A stretch of 61,236 nt of DNA, filler included, from 12 parts of 12 records of this genome joined end to end with filler, not necessarily neighbours in it, one strand, 5' to 3'. Positions 1-12,272 are shown, counted from the first letter of the whole stretch. Program-made: numbers and translations. Notes: a model not told the origin generated them from the letters alone.

Positions 1-120
1 CACACCCACACCACCGCCCTCAACCCCCGGCTGACCCCATTAAGATTGCGCCCATGGGAAGAACCGGCCGTTGGTCGCCAATAAATTTTAATTGTGCAAA
101 TCAACGTCTTCTCATCAGGT

Positions 121-930
121 TCAACCTGGTGTCCACTTCCAGGGGGTGTTGTAGGGGTGTTGGGCCCGGCCGTGTTGAGAGGGGAGAGGTGCCACTGACC
201 AAGTGACCAGAGTGTCTGAGTAGGAAATGCGACATTCTCGTGATGTACTTTTAAAACAATTCCGAGTGCCCCGTAAGTGCGCCGAGTGCCTCAGACCGTC
301 CAGCCGAGGCTTGGCCTTCCTAATCATGTCTGAGAGTGCCATGTTCTGTCAGCCACTCAGGCTAGCCAGCAGCGCACTGGGCGGCCGCGCACCTCCATGT
401 GCAGCCGGCGCAACTCATTGTACCCTGGCTTCCACTTTTCGGCCTCCCGGCGCACCCTTGGGGCCCCCTGCCTCGAAAGCGAGACACCAGAAGATCATAA
501 GAGGAGAGAGCCACGCATCCCGGGCGTCTGTGGACTGCGGGCCGCCAGGTGTAGACCCTGTTCAGGCAATGCTGATATCAGTGGCTGCAGAGGAGGCACT
601 GCGTCACCTCAAGTTCATGTCAACTTCCGGATTCACTAAAGGCGGCCTATGCAGGGTGAAACCGAAGCCACAACGGTGACCGCCGTGCCAGTGCAGTCGC
701 GAGACCGGTGCCAGGAGGCGGCCACCTGGGAACCCAGAGCCAGTGGACCAGTTGCCACTCCGGCGAACAGGTGTGGACGCTCCATCTTGTGTGGCTGAGT
801 GATAGCGCGTGCAGATGCGCTCGCAATGAATCCCGGGCGCACACTGATGCTGCCACACGTGCTCCACACCGTGCCTCAACCGTCTCAAAGGCGCAAGAGT
901 ACTATAGGAACAAAGCTCCCGATGCTTCAC
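121..930 (-). CDS. Hypothetical spliced protein, 5' end uncertain
   Basis: A GT-AG intron (about 343-389) joins ...KWKPGYNELRRLHME to NMALSDMIRKAK...WKWTPG*; upstream exons unresolved. Confidence 0.3.
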
Positions 931-1194
931 TCGACACCGCCGCGTGCGGCTCCTGCAACCGGAGCTCTAGATCTGGACTCGCCCGGGGGGGACGCGCCCG
1001 CACCAGTGACATACAATAACAAAGTCGAAATCTACGAGGTGAGCTTGGGCAACTAAGCTTTCAGCAACTAAAAGGTACCGAGCAACCGATTGAGCAAGCA
1101 AAGCTTAGCTTATGTAAACAGTGCATATACTGAGCATTATAAAGGCAATGATATATCATGCTTCTAATATAGATGGCGGCCGGGCTCTAACAAC

Positions 1195-1867
1195 TCAGCT
1201 GTCTGCAAGCCTCGACTTGAGTAGCACGCTCCTCAATACGCGCTGCTGCCCTATCGTCCACTGCGTTCTACGCAGCGTGTCGTCAAACCCTGGCCCCAAG
1301 CTCCCCCCAACCCTCCCAGCCCGGCTACCATAGTCGTAGGCCTGGGCCAGCTCCGGGTAGCAGGCCCCGCCGTAGCCGCCCCTCACGTGCTTGGACGCCT
1401 CGTCCTCCAACACCGGAGTCCTGCCGCCCAACAGGTCGGACCGGCCAGCCCTTTGCGCACGGGCGGTAGTTGTCCCACGGCCGGCTCCAATGCGGCAACT
1501 CGCGGTGGATCTTGCCCAGCGCGGCCTGCTGGGCCGCTCAAGCAGCACCGGCGCTCCCCGCGCCTCAGTGTTGGCAGAATGCGGCGCCGAGCCGCGCAAG
1601 AATCGTCCCAACTTCGGCACGCCGCCGGATGCACCTGCCGTCGCTGGCGGGCCGGCCCGGGGCCTGGGGAAGCTGCCGTAGAAGCTTATATCCTCCACCA
1701 GCGCCGTTCGTTGTTCGCCCTCCGCCCGCAGAGTGGCGTTGAGCTCCGCCACCCGCGAAAGCGCCTGCCGAGGTAGCTGGCACACCGGCTGTGCGGGTGG
1801 GCACCGGGGCGAAGACCGGACTGGTGTCTACCGCGCCCGTCGACCTGGGGTGCAGGTAGTGCGGCAT
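1195..1867 (-). CDS. Hypothetical protein with one 28-nt intron
   Basis: ATG at 1867 (MPHYLHPRS...VFAP), intron gtgccc...gccag, then in frame with ORF 1195..1785; TAACGG lies just upstream. Confidence 0.45.
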
Positions 1868-1979
1868 GAGCAGGCAAATTAACGGCAAAATAATGACATC
1901 CGGTATACCGGTAGGTCAGTATATGTACAGTACTAGTATTTGTTGAAGCACTCGTCGCCTCGTCACGGTGGCAGAGGGT

Positions 1980-3366
1980 CTAGTCTATCCCGAGGCATCG
2001 CAAAAACAAGCACACCTTGTCCAGACCCACACTGAAGGTAGCCACCTATTTCGGCTCAGCCCACCCGACAGCGCAGCGCACCTTCTCCACATAGTCAGCT
2101 GCGATCAGCCCTGCGATCGACTCCGCGCCCGACGCCCCCAAGCCCTCGATCCGCGCCGCCACCCGCCCGGCCAGCGCCGCCACCTAGGCATGGCTCGGCC
2201 TTGGGCCACTGGGCCTCCACCTCAGGCGCATGCTCCTCTTCCAGCTGCCAGCGGGGGCACCGCGAGCCGTCCCACCCACCGCCGCCGCACCTGCCACACG
2301 CTCGGCCGTACAGCCTGCCGTCTGAGCACCACTGCTCGGCGGTGAGCGTCTGGGGCCGCCAGCTGAGGTAGCGGCTCGCCACAAGTCTCTTCATGAACTC
2401 AGCTGGAGATTCCCCAAGCCGCAGCCGGCCGAGCAGCCCCATGAGCAGCCCCGCGGTGACCGCCGGCCGGCTGGGCGAGGCCGGGCGGGCCAGCAGGGCC
2501 GCGGGCAGCCCGAGGTCGCTGAGACCATCAGCGATCCGCTTTGGCTGTGACGGACTCCACAGGTTAACAGAGCTCGACGCGGTCAGAGCTGTCACTTGGT
2601 GCAACCAGTAAGGCGGCAGGTAGAGCAGTTCGCCCGGCCCGAGCTCGGCCTGCAGTATCGCCGGGCAGCCCGGCCCGTCCCGCTCGATCGCAGCCTGGAT
2701 CGCCTCGTGGTGATGCAGCTGGCCCCGGTCTACCAGCCCCGACTGCCGGTCATGCGGGTGATAGAAGGGGTATATCTGCACCCGGCGCCAGGCGGCCGGA
2801 GGGAGCAGCGTGAACAGCTTCCGGCCGGTAACTTGAGCGAACAAGTTGTGGTGCGGATCGTAATGCAGCGCAGTGGTTATATTCGGCCCGGCCAGCCAGC
2901 CAGTGAACCAGTGAGCTCCGCCCAGCCGCATCCACTCGCGCGGATGCACCTCCTCCGCCACCGCGGCCAGGCTGCCTTCTGTTAGCCGGCCCGAGTAGTA
3001 GTGCCGGATCACATCATCCTCGGGCTCCAGCACCGCCCCTGTGCTCACCTCGCTCCTCGCAGGCCGGTCAGGGAACCAGTCGGGCCGCGACTTTGCCATC
3101 AGCCGGGAACGGTCGTCGTACACAAACAGCCCGGAGTCCGGCTGGCTGCGCACCGGCCAGAGCCGAGGCACCCGACGCTGGAGGTACCCGGGGCGCGCCC
3201 AGAGCTCCCGCGCCGGCCAGTCGGCGGCGGGGCTGCCGGAGAACACGGTGGGCACGGCGGGGGGGCTGGACAGTCCTGCTGCCGGCCAGACGGCCCGGGA
3301 CACCGACTCAGCCGCCAGGGACCCGCACAGCGTCAGGAGAGCCGCCTGGACCGCACCCCTGCGCAT
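1980..3366 (-). CDS. JmjC/cupin-like 2-oxoglutarate Fe(II) oxygenase with a predicted signal peptide
   Basis: TALHYDPHHNLFAQVTGRK and LGPGELLYLPPYWLHQV (HxD...H); hydrophobic N-terminus MRRGAVQAALLTLCG; two 3' mini-introns lead to TAG at 1980. Confidence 0.85.
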
Positions 3367-3413
3367 CGTTCTAACGACTAATAACGGAAATACCCAAAGC
3401 GGCACCCTGCAGG
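3367..3413. promoter_or_regulatory. 47-bp bidirectional promoter region with TAACGG (3382-3387)
   Basis: Lies between divergent ATGs of the JmjC and EF-hand genes. Confidence 0.6.
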
Positions 3414-3621
3414 ATGCCGCTGAAAGACGTCGAGAGGCAGGTGATCGCGGACGACTTCCGGCGGCTGGACCAGGATGACAGCGGCGAGCTGGAAATGGAC
3501 GAGATCAGGCGGCTGATGGAAATCCAGCTCAACGGCCGCGCACCGACAGAGGCGGATATGCAGCGCTTCATGAGCGAGTGCGACGCCGATCGGGACGGCA
3601 AGATCAGCCTGGACGAGTACA
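3414..3621 (+). CDS. EF-hand calcium-binding protein, 3' truncated
   Basis: Two canonical loops, DQDDSGELEMDE and DADRDGKISLDE. Confidence 0.85.
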
Positions 3622-3721
3622 NNNNNNNNNNNNNNNNNNNNNNNNNNNNNNNNNNNNNNNNNNNNTTAATTAATTAANNNNNNNNNNNNNNNNNNNNNNN
3701 NNNNNNNNNNNNNNNNNNNNN
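3622..3721. other. Artificial contig spacer (N44-TTAATTAATTAA-N44). The same spacer occurs at 12173-12272, 15283-15382, 25960-26059, 29531-29630, 32904-33003, 37736-37835, 41895-41994, 45011-45110, 48175-48274 and 53417-53516
   Basis: Identical 100-bp structure 11 times; the core has stops in all six frames; genes are cut at these points. Confidence 0.97.
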
Positions 3722-4748
3722 GACATGGCTGCCAGTGCTGCTGCCCTCTCTGCCGGCGACATGGCTGCCAGCGTTGCAGGCTTCTCTTCAGGCGACACGG
3801 CTGTTGGCGCCTCGGTCTCATCTTCTGCTCGCCTGAGCTCCTCTGCAGCGACCTCCTGCATCAGCCGGCCCAGCTCGCCGGCCATCGCCTCCACCTTCCG
3901 CTCCAAGCTGCCCGCCCGCTCCCGCGCCGCCGCCTCCCGGCTCGCCGACGAAAGCGCTTGTCTCTGCTTATCCGCCTTTGAAGCCTCGAGCTGTGCGTTC
4001 AGACTGGCCAGCTGCAACTCGAGATCGCTCACCCGGCCGGCTGCACGGCTCAGCTGCGCCCTCTCGAACCGGCCAGCCTCCCCCGCTCTGCTCTTCTCTA
4101 GCTCCTCCTTCTCCTGCCTGAGCCTCCGGGCCTCTTCCACCGCCCACGCCGCCTCGTTCGCCGCGTCCGCCCGCAGCCTCCGCTCGCGCTCGGCCTCCTG
4201 CTCGCGCTCGGCCAGCGCGGCCTCCAGCCGGGCTAGTTGGTCGCTGCTCCCTCGGAGGTCAGCCATCTCACTGGTAAGGCCGCTCATCTGCCCCCCCATC
4301 ACCCAACGCCAAACCCAACCCGGCACCCGCTGTTCCATGTCCCGCAGCCGGAACGCCGCTTGCTCCCCGGCATCGCACCAGACCTGCCCCGGCCTCGCCC
4401 CGGCCCGCGGGCTGTGTGGAGCGCCTTCTTAAGCTGCTGCATCTCTGACTGAACTGAGTCGCAAGCCCGATACTCATTGTCCGGCCGCTCGTGTGCCAAG
4501 GACGAGCCGTCGAGCGCCAGCCGGAGGGAGGCGAGCGCCTCGCGCATGGGCCGGTCCATCGGCTGGTCCTCGGGCAGCTTCTGGGTGGCCTTCTGAAGCT
4601 CTTTCACCTGGTCGTCCAGCGCCGCCCACTCGGCCTTGAGCGCGGCCCGCTCGGCGGTGTGCTTGGGCGAGCCCATCACCCGCTGCTCCAGCACGTGCAA
4701 CGCCTCCACCTTGTCGGCCAGCGCCTCGCGCACTTCGCGCTTGCCCAT
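3722..4748 (-). CDS. Coiled-coil protein ending in an (AAMSPAERAAAL)-type repeat, 3' truncated, spliced
   Basis: E/A/R-rich heptad ORFs 4299..4823 and 3670..4338; the repeat begins at the contig edge. Confidence 0.55.
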
Positions 4749-5091
4749 CACACACAATTCCCCAGCAGATGCGACGACCCAGCGCCCAGGCAGCGAGTGG
4801 CCAAACTGCCAACCTTCGACCAAAATCCAACAAGCTCGTCAAGAAGGATGAATGTCAGGTCCGCAGGTCCACGCTGAGGAGACGATAGCGCGTTGCCTGA
4901 GCGAGTGGGCCGCGCGCATGCAGCTGTTTTAATAAACAGTACTTGTGTTTATTTTCATTCTTGCTGTACATTTATTACTATCATTTCGCGTGCAAAGGAA
5001 AGCGTTCGAAATAAATTGCTTTGGGCACCATCGCATCCTGACATGACGTACAGCTTCGGCGGTGTATGGTGCTTCGGGTATTGAATTTGGT

Positions 5092-8000
5092 CTATTCTCG
5101 GTCGCTCAAACTGAGAAGCAACTGGCCGAGCCGGCCCACTGTCTGATCATATTGCTCCACCAGCTCTGGGGCCACCTCGGCCGCCTCCTGACCCCCGGCT
5201 CAGCCCCGCCCCCGCCCGCGCCCACCTGCCGCCACTGCCGGGCCTGCCGGAGCAGCTCGCAACCCACCAGCCGGAAGTGGCTCCACACAACCTCTTCAAA
5301 CTCCTCTGGCGGCTGCTCAATCATGGCCACAACAGCGTGCTCGAGTGTGGCAAGTCGGATCCGAGCATTGTACATGTCGCTCTGGCGCTGGCCGGCTGGG
5401 GTTCCCTTCAGCTGCTCGTACGAAGGCTCGTTGAAATACGGCTGTTCGACCATGATCAGTGCCTGGATCGAGACCACGATCTGGAGCAGCGACGACTGGG
5501 CCGGGTCCCACCCCTCTCCATGCCACGTGCCAAGCAGCGAGAGGCAGACTTTCCCGTCAGAGTACAGGTTCGGGTTGAACCGCACCAGCCCGCGGCCTGT
5601 TGTCTCTAGATGCATCACCGGCGGGATTGCCGGGTACTCGCGCGGCAGGTAGCAGTCGAATAGGAAGCAGCCGAAGCTGTACGGGGTGCCCACTGGGCCT
5701 GTAATCAACACCCTGAGCACCGCCAGCTGCTGCTCATCCACTCTGGCGTACACCGCAGCCTCGGCCGCACACGGGAGTGCCGAGGCAAGCCCCGGTATCT
5801 CAGAGCCCAGTCGGCTCATCAGCTGATTCGAGGCCGCCCCGATGGCCGCTGTGATGTTCCGGCGGTAGTGGTGCCCGGCGTACTGCGCGTCATGGCCCCC
5901 AAAGTCCCACTCGTCGAGCACCAGCGGCCGCATCAGCTCGGCGTAATCCTCCTCGCACGGCGGGAGCTCCACAGACTGTCCGTCGCTACACGCCGCAGCA
6001 GACACTGGCGGGTGATCGTTGACTGCCTCAACCAGCTTGGCGAAGGCGCTGTGGGTCGAGCTCGCGGAGAGGCCTCCTCCGAGCGTGGCGCTCACGGACG
6101 CCAGAGTGGCGTGGCAGCCCGGCTCGCGCGCCAGGATGGCCGGCCACTCGGCGTGCTGCTCTGCCAGTCGGCTGACAAGCATCATCAGCGACGAGAGCAA
6201 CTCCGGGCCCTGCCAGCCAGATGAGCTCCCAAACGGCTAGCCAGCACCTTCCAGCCGGTGGTTCGCTTGAGCTTGTCGACTCGAGCAGAGGTGAGCATCG
6301 CAGCTGCGTGCAGCAGATGCCTGGCATGGGCGCCCCCAAGCGGACCCTCGAGCACGGCTGGCCCGGCAAGCCCGGTGAGCTGGAGCTGGGAGCCCAGATT
6401 GCTGAGAAGCAGCTGCTGGAAAGACTCGCCGAGGCTGTCGTACTGGGCAGTAGGGCCGGCTACGGCCTGCGCGTCGTCGAAGTATTGGACTGCAGTGGTG
6501 AGCAAGAAGGTATTCTCAGCGCAGACGGCTTGGATGAACTCAGTAAAGTCGTTCTTGTGTTGGGCGAGCGAGAGGCGGAGCCCTTGGCTGAGCTGGAGCA
6601 GCAGTTCCATCAGCTGGGCGCGCGAGCTGTTCTTGTCAAACTGTCAGCCGGTCACGTACCATCGCAGGCCGGGCCGGACCTGTTTGACAGTAGCCAGGCC
6701 CTCGACCAGCCCGAGGTCGACATACAGCTGCACCCCTTGCGCCACCACCTTGGGCCCCAGCTCTGCTGTAGCCACCTGCCACCACCTTGCTCGGGCTGGG
6801 GCGCTGCAGCTGGCGGACCACAGACTTGAGGCAGCTGTCAGCGCTGCGCACGCAGGTGCAGAACACTTGCATGATTCGCCATCGGGTGACTGTCGAGCTG
6901 AGCCTCCCCCGGGCGAGCAGTGCCACCATGCTGTCCACTGCGCGCAGCACCTGAGGGTGAGATACAAGCACGCGCGGCTGAGCCCGGCAAAGCTGCTCGA
7001 GGGCCACTGCCACCGCCTGCACCATCCGGTCCGGAACCAGCGCCAGCTGCGGCTCGGACAAGCTGTCCAGCCACACCAGCCCGAGCACGGCGAGTCCTGC
7101 GACCCCGTCCCACAGACCACCGGCGAGCATGAGCCGCTCGAGCTGCCTCCAGTTGGTCTGGGCGGCTTCGAGCGGCTTGGCCAGCTGGGGGCTGGTCGCA
7201 GCCGCCTGCTTGATCTGGTCGAGCTGCCTATAGGCCTGCTCCATGGCCTTGATGCAGTACCGCAGTCCCGAGCTCAGCCCGTAAAGCCCCAGGAAGAACG
7301 CATCCGGTACAAACCCGCCCGCCGCCTGCCCGCTCTCCTCCGGCGCGGCCGCCAGGTGTGCCGCCGGCCCCAGGTCGGCCAGCAGCCCCCGCCAGCCAAA
7401 CCATCTCGGGTCTAGTCCCGCCATCTTGCTGTGCTTGGCCGAATCCAGCGGCAAGAAAGGCCGGCAGAGCTCAACCACGACGCTCAATAGAGCCCAGCCA
7501 GCCGCCACCCGCCCTACCGGCACCGGCTTGTCCTCATCCGGCGCCCCGAACTGCCCGAGCGCCCACCCAAGCCAGCTGAGCACCTGCTCGCGACAGCTGG
7601 AGTCTCTGCCCCTGGGCTCGCCGGCACACCGCTCAGCGCGCACCTGAGCAGCGCGAGCAGCAGCTTGGCCAGCAGCGCCCGCCGCTCCTCGATTAGGGAG
7701 CCGGCCTCGTCGGGCAGGAGCTCCAGCCAGGCAGGCAGCTGGTCTGTCGTCAGCGCGGTCCGGCACAGCGCGGCCCGAATAACGGGCTGGCTCCCAGCCA
7801 GTTGCACGAGCAGTCGCCCTGCGGGGATGCTCAGCTCCGGCCCCTCCAGGTGGTGCTGCCGCGCGCTCAGCCGCCGGAGGGCCGGGCGGGCACCAATAGC
7901 TCGGCAGTGGGTGAGGCGGCCAGGTCTGGTTCAGCCTCGAGCATGGCGGCCAGCAGCCCAGCCGGCGCCTTGCCCAGCTGGGCGACCAGAGGGTCGATCC

Positions 8001-8738
8001 GGCGGCCGGGTTCGCTGAACAAGTCGTCCAGGCCCAGGTACATCCGAAGCGCCCCGCTGGCCCACCACTCAGCCCCAGCCCCCGCCCCCGCCCGTACCAT
8101 CCGACTGCCACCGCCGCCGCACGAGCCTCAGCAGCCGGTTCAACCCTCAACGCAGCCCAGCACTGGCCGGCGCACGGTAGAAGCTCGCTCTGGGGCGCCC
8201 GGCCCCGCAGCGCCTTCTCTATCTCGGCCTGACTGCTCCCCGGGCCAATCGGCCGCCCGAGCAGCGCCGTGAGCGACCGCCACACAATCGCTGACTCCGG
8301 CTCCGGCTCCGGCTGAGGCTCGGGCTGGGGCTCGGGCTCGGGCTCCAGCGCGGGCTTGGGCTCCAGCTCGGGCGCGGTGGCCGGCTTGGGCGCGGTGGCC
8401 GACGCCTGCTGGGGCTCGGGCTCGGCTGGCTCGGCTGGTTCGGGCGGGCGTTCTCCAGCCTCCGGCTCCGTCACCGGCTCCGGGGCGGACCGGGCGGGCG
8501 CCCGCCGATCGCTGGACGGCTTGGGCGCCGGGCGGCTGGACAAGTTGGCTTGCGCCCAGCGCAGCCGGCGGGCGCGGATCTCCTCGGCGGAGAGGTCTGG
8601 GGCTGCTGGAGCCGAGCGCCGCCAGAGCAGCCAGGCCAGCGCAGCGCCAGCCAACACGGTGACCGCCAGCTGCCAGCCCGGCAGCAGCCCGCCGCCCAAT
8701 GCGGCCGCCTGGTACGCCTGGCTCTCGGGCACCGACAT
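5092..8738 (-). CDS. Membrane-anchored Ufd2/UBE4-core + BIRC6-type UBC fusion protein
   Basis: N-terminal TM helix and SAEEIRARRL; Ufd2-core-like motifs REQVLSWL, VELCRPFL...LDPRWF, FVPDAFFLGL, LYVDLG...KQFDKNSSR, FTEFIQAV..ENTFLL; UBC motif RFNPNLYSDGKVCLSLLGTW...PYFNEPSYE; about 7 mini-introns give one continuous frame. Confidence 0.8.
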
Positions 8739-9045
8739 CGAACAGATGCTCCAGAAGGCTCGACTGTGGCGAATGTCGACTGCTGATCGTAGATCAGATT
8801 GATTGGGGACGTGCGGAGGAGTTCCCGAGTTCCTGTGTGCGATACCGAGCGGTGGATCCCATGAGCCCTTGGGGCGCCGGCGGGCACAACCAGCCTCCAT
8901 GTACCAGCCAACATCGAGATTCGGCCCCAGCAGAGACACCTCGTGTCCCCTCTGACTTCATCGATCTGATCATCCAAAATCCGAGTGCAAAATTTTCCCT
9001 TTTCGTCGTTATGAACCAAAATCCCGCCACTTTCAGACCGCACAC

Positions 9046-9399
9046 ATGCCGTCCATCTCCGCCACCTCGCCCACCTCGCCGCTCCGCCAGCTGAACAAGG
9101 CCGACGGTGACCTGTTCGCCAAGAAGAGCACCGAGCGCCTGGCCAATGCCAAGATGGCCCCGGCCGCCACCCCGCAGGATCTGGCCATCGAGCTGCACCA
9201 GCTGCTGGTCGCCGCGGAGAAGCAGATGCTAGAGGCCGAGACCAAGCCGGCGGCCGAGGAGAAGCCGGCCGAGCCCAAGAAGGTTGAGGCCAACAAGCCG
9301 GAGCCGGCGAGGAAGCCGGAGATCAAGAAGAAGAAGAAGCCGCTCGAGGACAGCCTGTGGGAGCGGGCGATGGCCGCCGGGTTCAACATGAAGGTCTGA
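9046..9399 (+). CDS. Small Lys/Glu/Ala/Pro-rich hypothetical protein
   Basis: Clean intronless 117-aa ORF with strongly GC3-biased codons. Confidence 0.7.
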   Translation: MPSISATSPTSPLRQLNKADGDLFAKKSTERLANAKMAPAATPQDLAIELHQLLVAAEKQMLEAETKPAAEEKPAEPKKVEANKPEPARKPEIKKKKKPLEDSLWERAMAAGFNMKV

Positions 9400-9694
9400 G
9401 CAGCCTGACACACACCGGGGGAGGGGAACAGAGCGGTCAGGGGCGACCGCGCGCACATCGCGGGGGGTGAGTGCGCTTGGGTCGTCGGCGGGCGCCGGGG
9501 TCATCTAGGGCTGATCATCAAGCCCGGAGCCGTTGGGCGGAGGGATTAGCGGGGCACTCGCCTAACGGGCCGCGCCTGCACAATCAAGTCGACCAAGCGG
9601 CATCTCAATTAGTATCGATCCATTTTAAAATGTAATTTGCACGTGTACAGTTCGGCTCAGCTTCGATGCTACGAGTATATCGCCAGTCAGTAAT

Positions 9695-11794
9695 TCAGTA
9701 CTCATCGGAGTCATCTTGATACGAACCGCCTCGCCGGGCCATCCTCTCGAACGGTCGGAACACCGGATCCGGCCGGTACCACTGTTCTACCTGCTCCCCG
9801 CCGTCCTGCCCATAGTCGTACTCGATCCGGCGCCGCGGGTCGCTCAATAAGTCGTAGGCCGCCTGCAGCCGCTGGAACGCCTCAGTCGCCTCAGGCCCGC
9901 TGTGCGCAGTGCGGTCCGGATGGCATTCTTTGGCTGCTGCCCTGTACGCTTTGGTGAGCTGGTCCGGCGACGCGTCCCATCTGGCCTGCGCGCGCCGTCA
10001 ACCAGCTGCATCAGCGCGCCGCACCTGTAGCAGCGTGTACAAGCATGGCTCTGGGTCCATCTGCCGCTGATGCACTCTTTTGAGCCAGTCGACCACCCCG
10101 GGCCACTCGCTGTCCAGCCCAAACAGTCGATCCAGCCGGATCTTGGCTTGCTTGTACTTGCCCACCTCGGCCAGCAGCACAGCCGTCCGCCAGATCGCTC
10201 GCTTATAGTTCGGAAGCATTGCGACCGCCCGTGAAGCTCGATCCAGCCCGGCCTGCCACGCCCTCCGCGGCCGCCGCCTGAGTCTCGCACCTCGAGCCGG
10301 TTGCTCATCCGGAGCGCGGCCGCGCAGTTGCAGAGCAGCATGGCGTGCATGCGAGTGTCTTGTTCACAGAGCTTCATCGCCAGCCCTGCCTCGTAAGCCC
10401 GCACTGCCTCGCTAAACATCCCGGCCCGGAAAGCCTGGTTCCCCGCCGCCTTTGCCCGTTCCAGCCGAGCCAGCCCCTCCCTCAGCCCTTGCCCGAGCTC
10501 GCATCCGGCCAGTGCGGCCAGCCCGGCCTCGCGGCAGCCCTTGAGCAGCTCCAGCCGCACCCTCCACAGCTGGAGCCGGGGCCCGGGCCGCGCCTGCTGC
10601 AAGGCGGCCTCGGCCTGCCCCAGCCTGTTGGCTCGCATTAGACCGGCCACTGCCCGTAGAGACTCAGCGCAGCACCCGGGCTCTGGGCACCTTTCATCAG
10701 CTGCAGCTCGCTCTCGGGCAACACTTGCCCGGAGCCGAGGTCCGGACCGCCCGCGCCAGCCAGCAGCCGGTCGATGGCCTCCACCCCGGCCATGGCCTCC
10801 GCAGCGCTCCCCGGCGCAGTTACCTTCAGCCGCCAACTGTCAGCCCCAGGCCCAAGCGCGCACCCACCTGCCGATACGCCTCCGCCAACTCCCGGTCGGC
10901 CCCAGTCGGCGGGAGCAGCAGCTCCAGGTCTAACCCAGGCTCGCCCCGGCCGGCCTCCTGCGGCGGATCCGGCTGCTCACCGTCTCCAGGAGCCTCCAGC
11001 GGCTGCAGCTCGTCATCACACGAATCGTCGTCCACTGTGACGTCCGAGCCGGCCGCCGGTGCCCTCTCGAGCAGCCGGCCGAGCCCGACTGCCCGCCCGT
11101 CCTCCAGCATCCAGAGCTCCCCCCGAGGGCAATCGTCCCACGCGACCTTGAGCCAGTCGCCCGCCCGCTCGCTGCTGTACACTAGATCTCCAGCCCGGCG
11201 CGCCCCCAGGCACTCGGCCTGCACGCTCGGCCCAGCCCGCACCGCCACACGCGAGTGGACCACCCGGTAGGCCCACACTCCGGTGAGTGCCGGGGTCCTG
11301 GCGGCTGGCGCCCGGGATACCCGAGCTAGGTGCTGCTCCCAGCGGGCCATCAGCTGGGCGATGACGGTACGGTCCATCAGCATCACCGCCTCGTCCGGCG
11401 GGTCCTCGCCCTGGCTGCTCGGGGCCATATAAAACGCCAGGCTCGGGTCCTCCAGCCCGAACCAGCCGTACGGGAGCACCGTCCGCCCCCCGCCCATCGG
11501 GGCCGCCAGCTGCCCGAAGCAGGGCTCCCCCGTGCCTAGGCTGATCCGCCAGCCGGCCCGCCCGCCCATTGGCCCGGCCCGGCCGAGGTCCTCGCACCAC
11601 TCGAGCAGCGCCCCACTCTTGCTGTTCCTGTACCCCTCCTCGTCGGCCAGCTCGTAGATGCCGTTGCACTCGAGCAGGCTGGAGCCCCCGATCCAGTAGC
11701 CCGGCGGCGCGCTCGGGCTGGCCGCCACCAGCCGTCCGCCCCGGGGCTGCACGGCCAGCGCGCCCGGAGCGCACGCCGGCACCAGGCAGTTCAT
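9695..11794 (-). CDS. TPR + J-domain co-chaperone (DNAJC7-like C-half) with an SH3b-like domain
   Basis: KAAGNQAFRAGMFSEAVRAYEAGL and LLCNCAAAL (TPR); ELTKAYRAAAKECHPDR...FQRLQAAYDLLSDPRRRIEYD (J-domain with HPD); VAVRAGPS...GDWLKV (SH3b-like). Confidence 0.8.
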
Positions 11795-11912
11795 GAGTTC
11801 ATCGATGCTGGGAGCTACAATAGCCGTTATTTTGCCGGTGGAGCTCAGGAGTGACAGCACCGTCGAAGAGCCCGATGAGTGATTGCAGGACAGGCCGAGA
11901 CCGAGGCCGCAC

Positions 11913-12172
11913 ATGTCGGCACCTTCGGACAACGGCGACTGCGCTGCACCGGCCGCCGACGCCGCTGGGTTCACGGCTAGCGACCTGGAAGTCGCGCCGT
12001 CGGAGCCTTGGACCGTGCTCGAAGGACTTCCGGCCCAAGATTCAATCCAGGCCGACGAGAGACTGGATAGCCTCCAAGAGCAAGTAGCCCAGCTCCAGTC
12101 GCAGCGGCTGCAGGACCAGGAGCAAGTGGCCCGGCTCCAGCGCCAGATCGCGAAGCTGCAGCAAGTGAACGC
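11913..12172 (+). CDS. Hypothetical coiled-coil protein, 3' truncated
   Basis: ATG at 11913, open to the contig end, Q/L heptads; divergent from the DnaJ gene. Confidence 0.5.
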
Positions 12173-12272
12173 NNNNNNNNNNNNNNNNNNNNNNNNNNNN
12201 NNNNNNNNNNNNNNNNTTAATTAATTAANNNNNNNNNNNNNNNNNNNNNNNNNNNNNNNNNNNNNNNNNNNN

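Noticed and set aside
3666-3677. TTAATTAATTAA repeated 11 times as a biological repeat or CRISPR-like element
   Set aside because: Always centred in fixed-length N runs; it is an artificial concatenation linker
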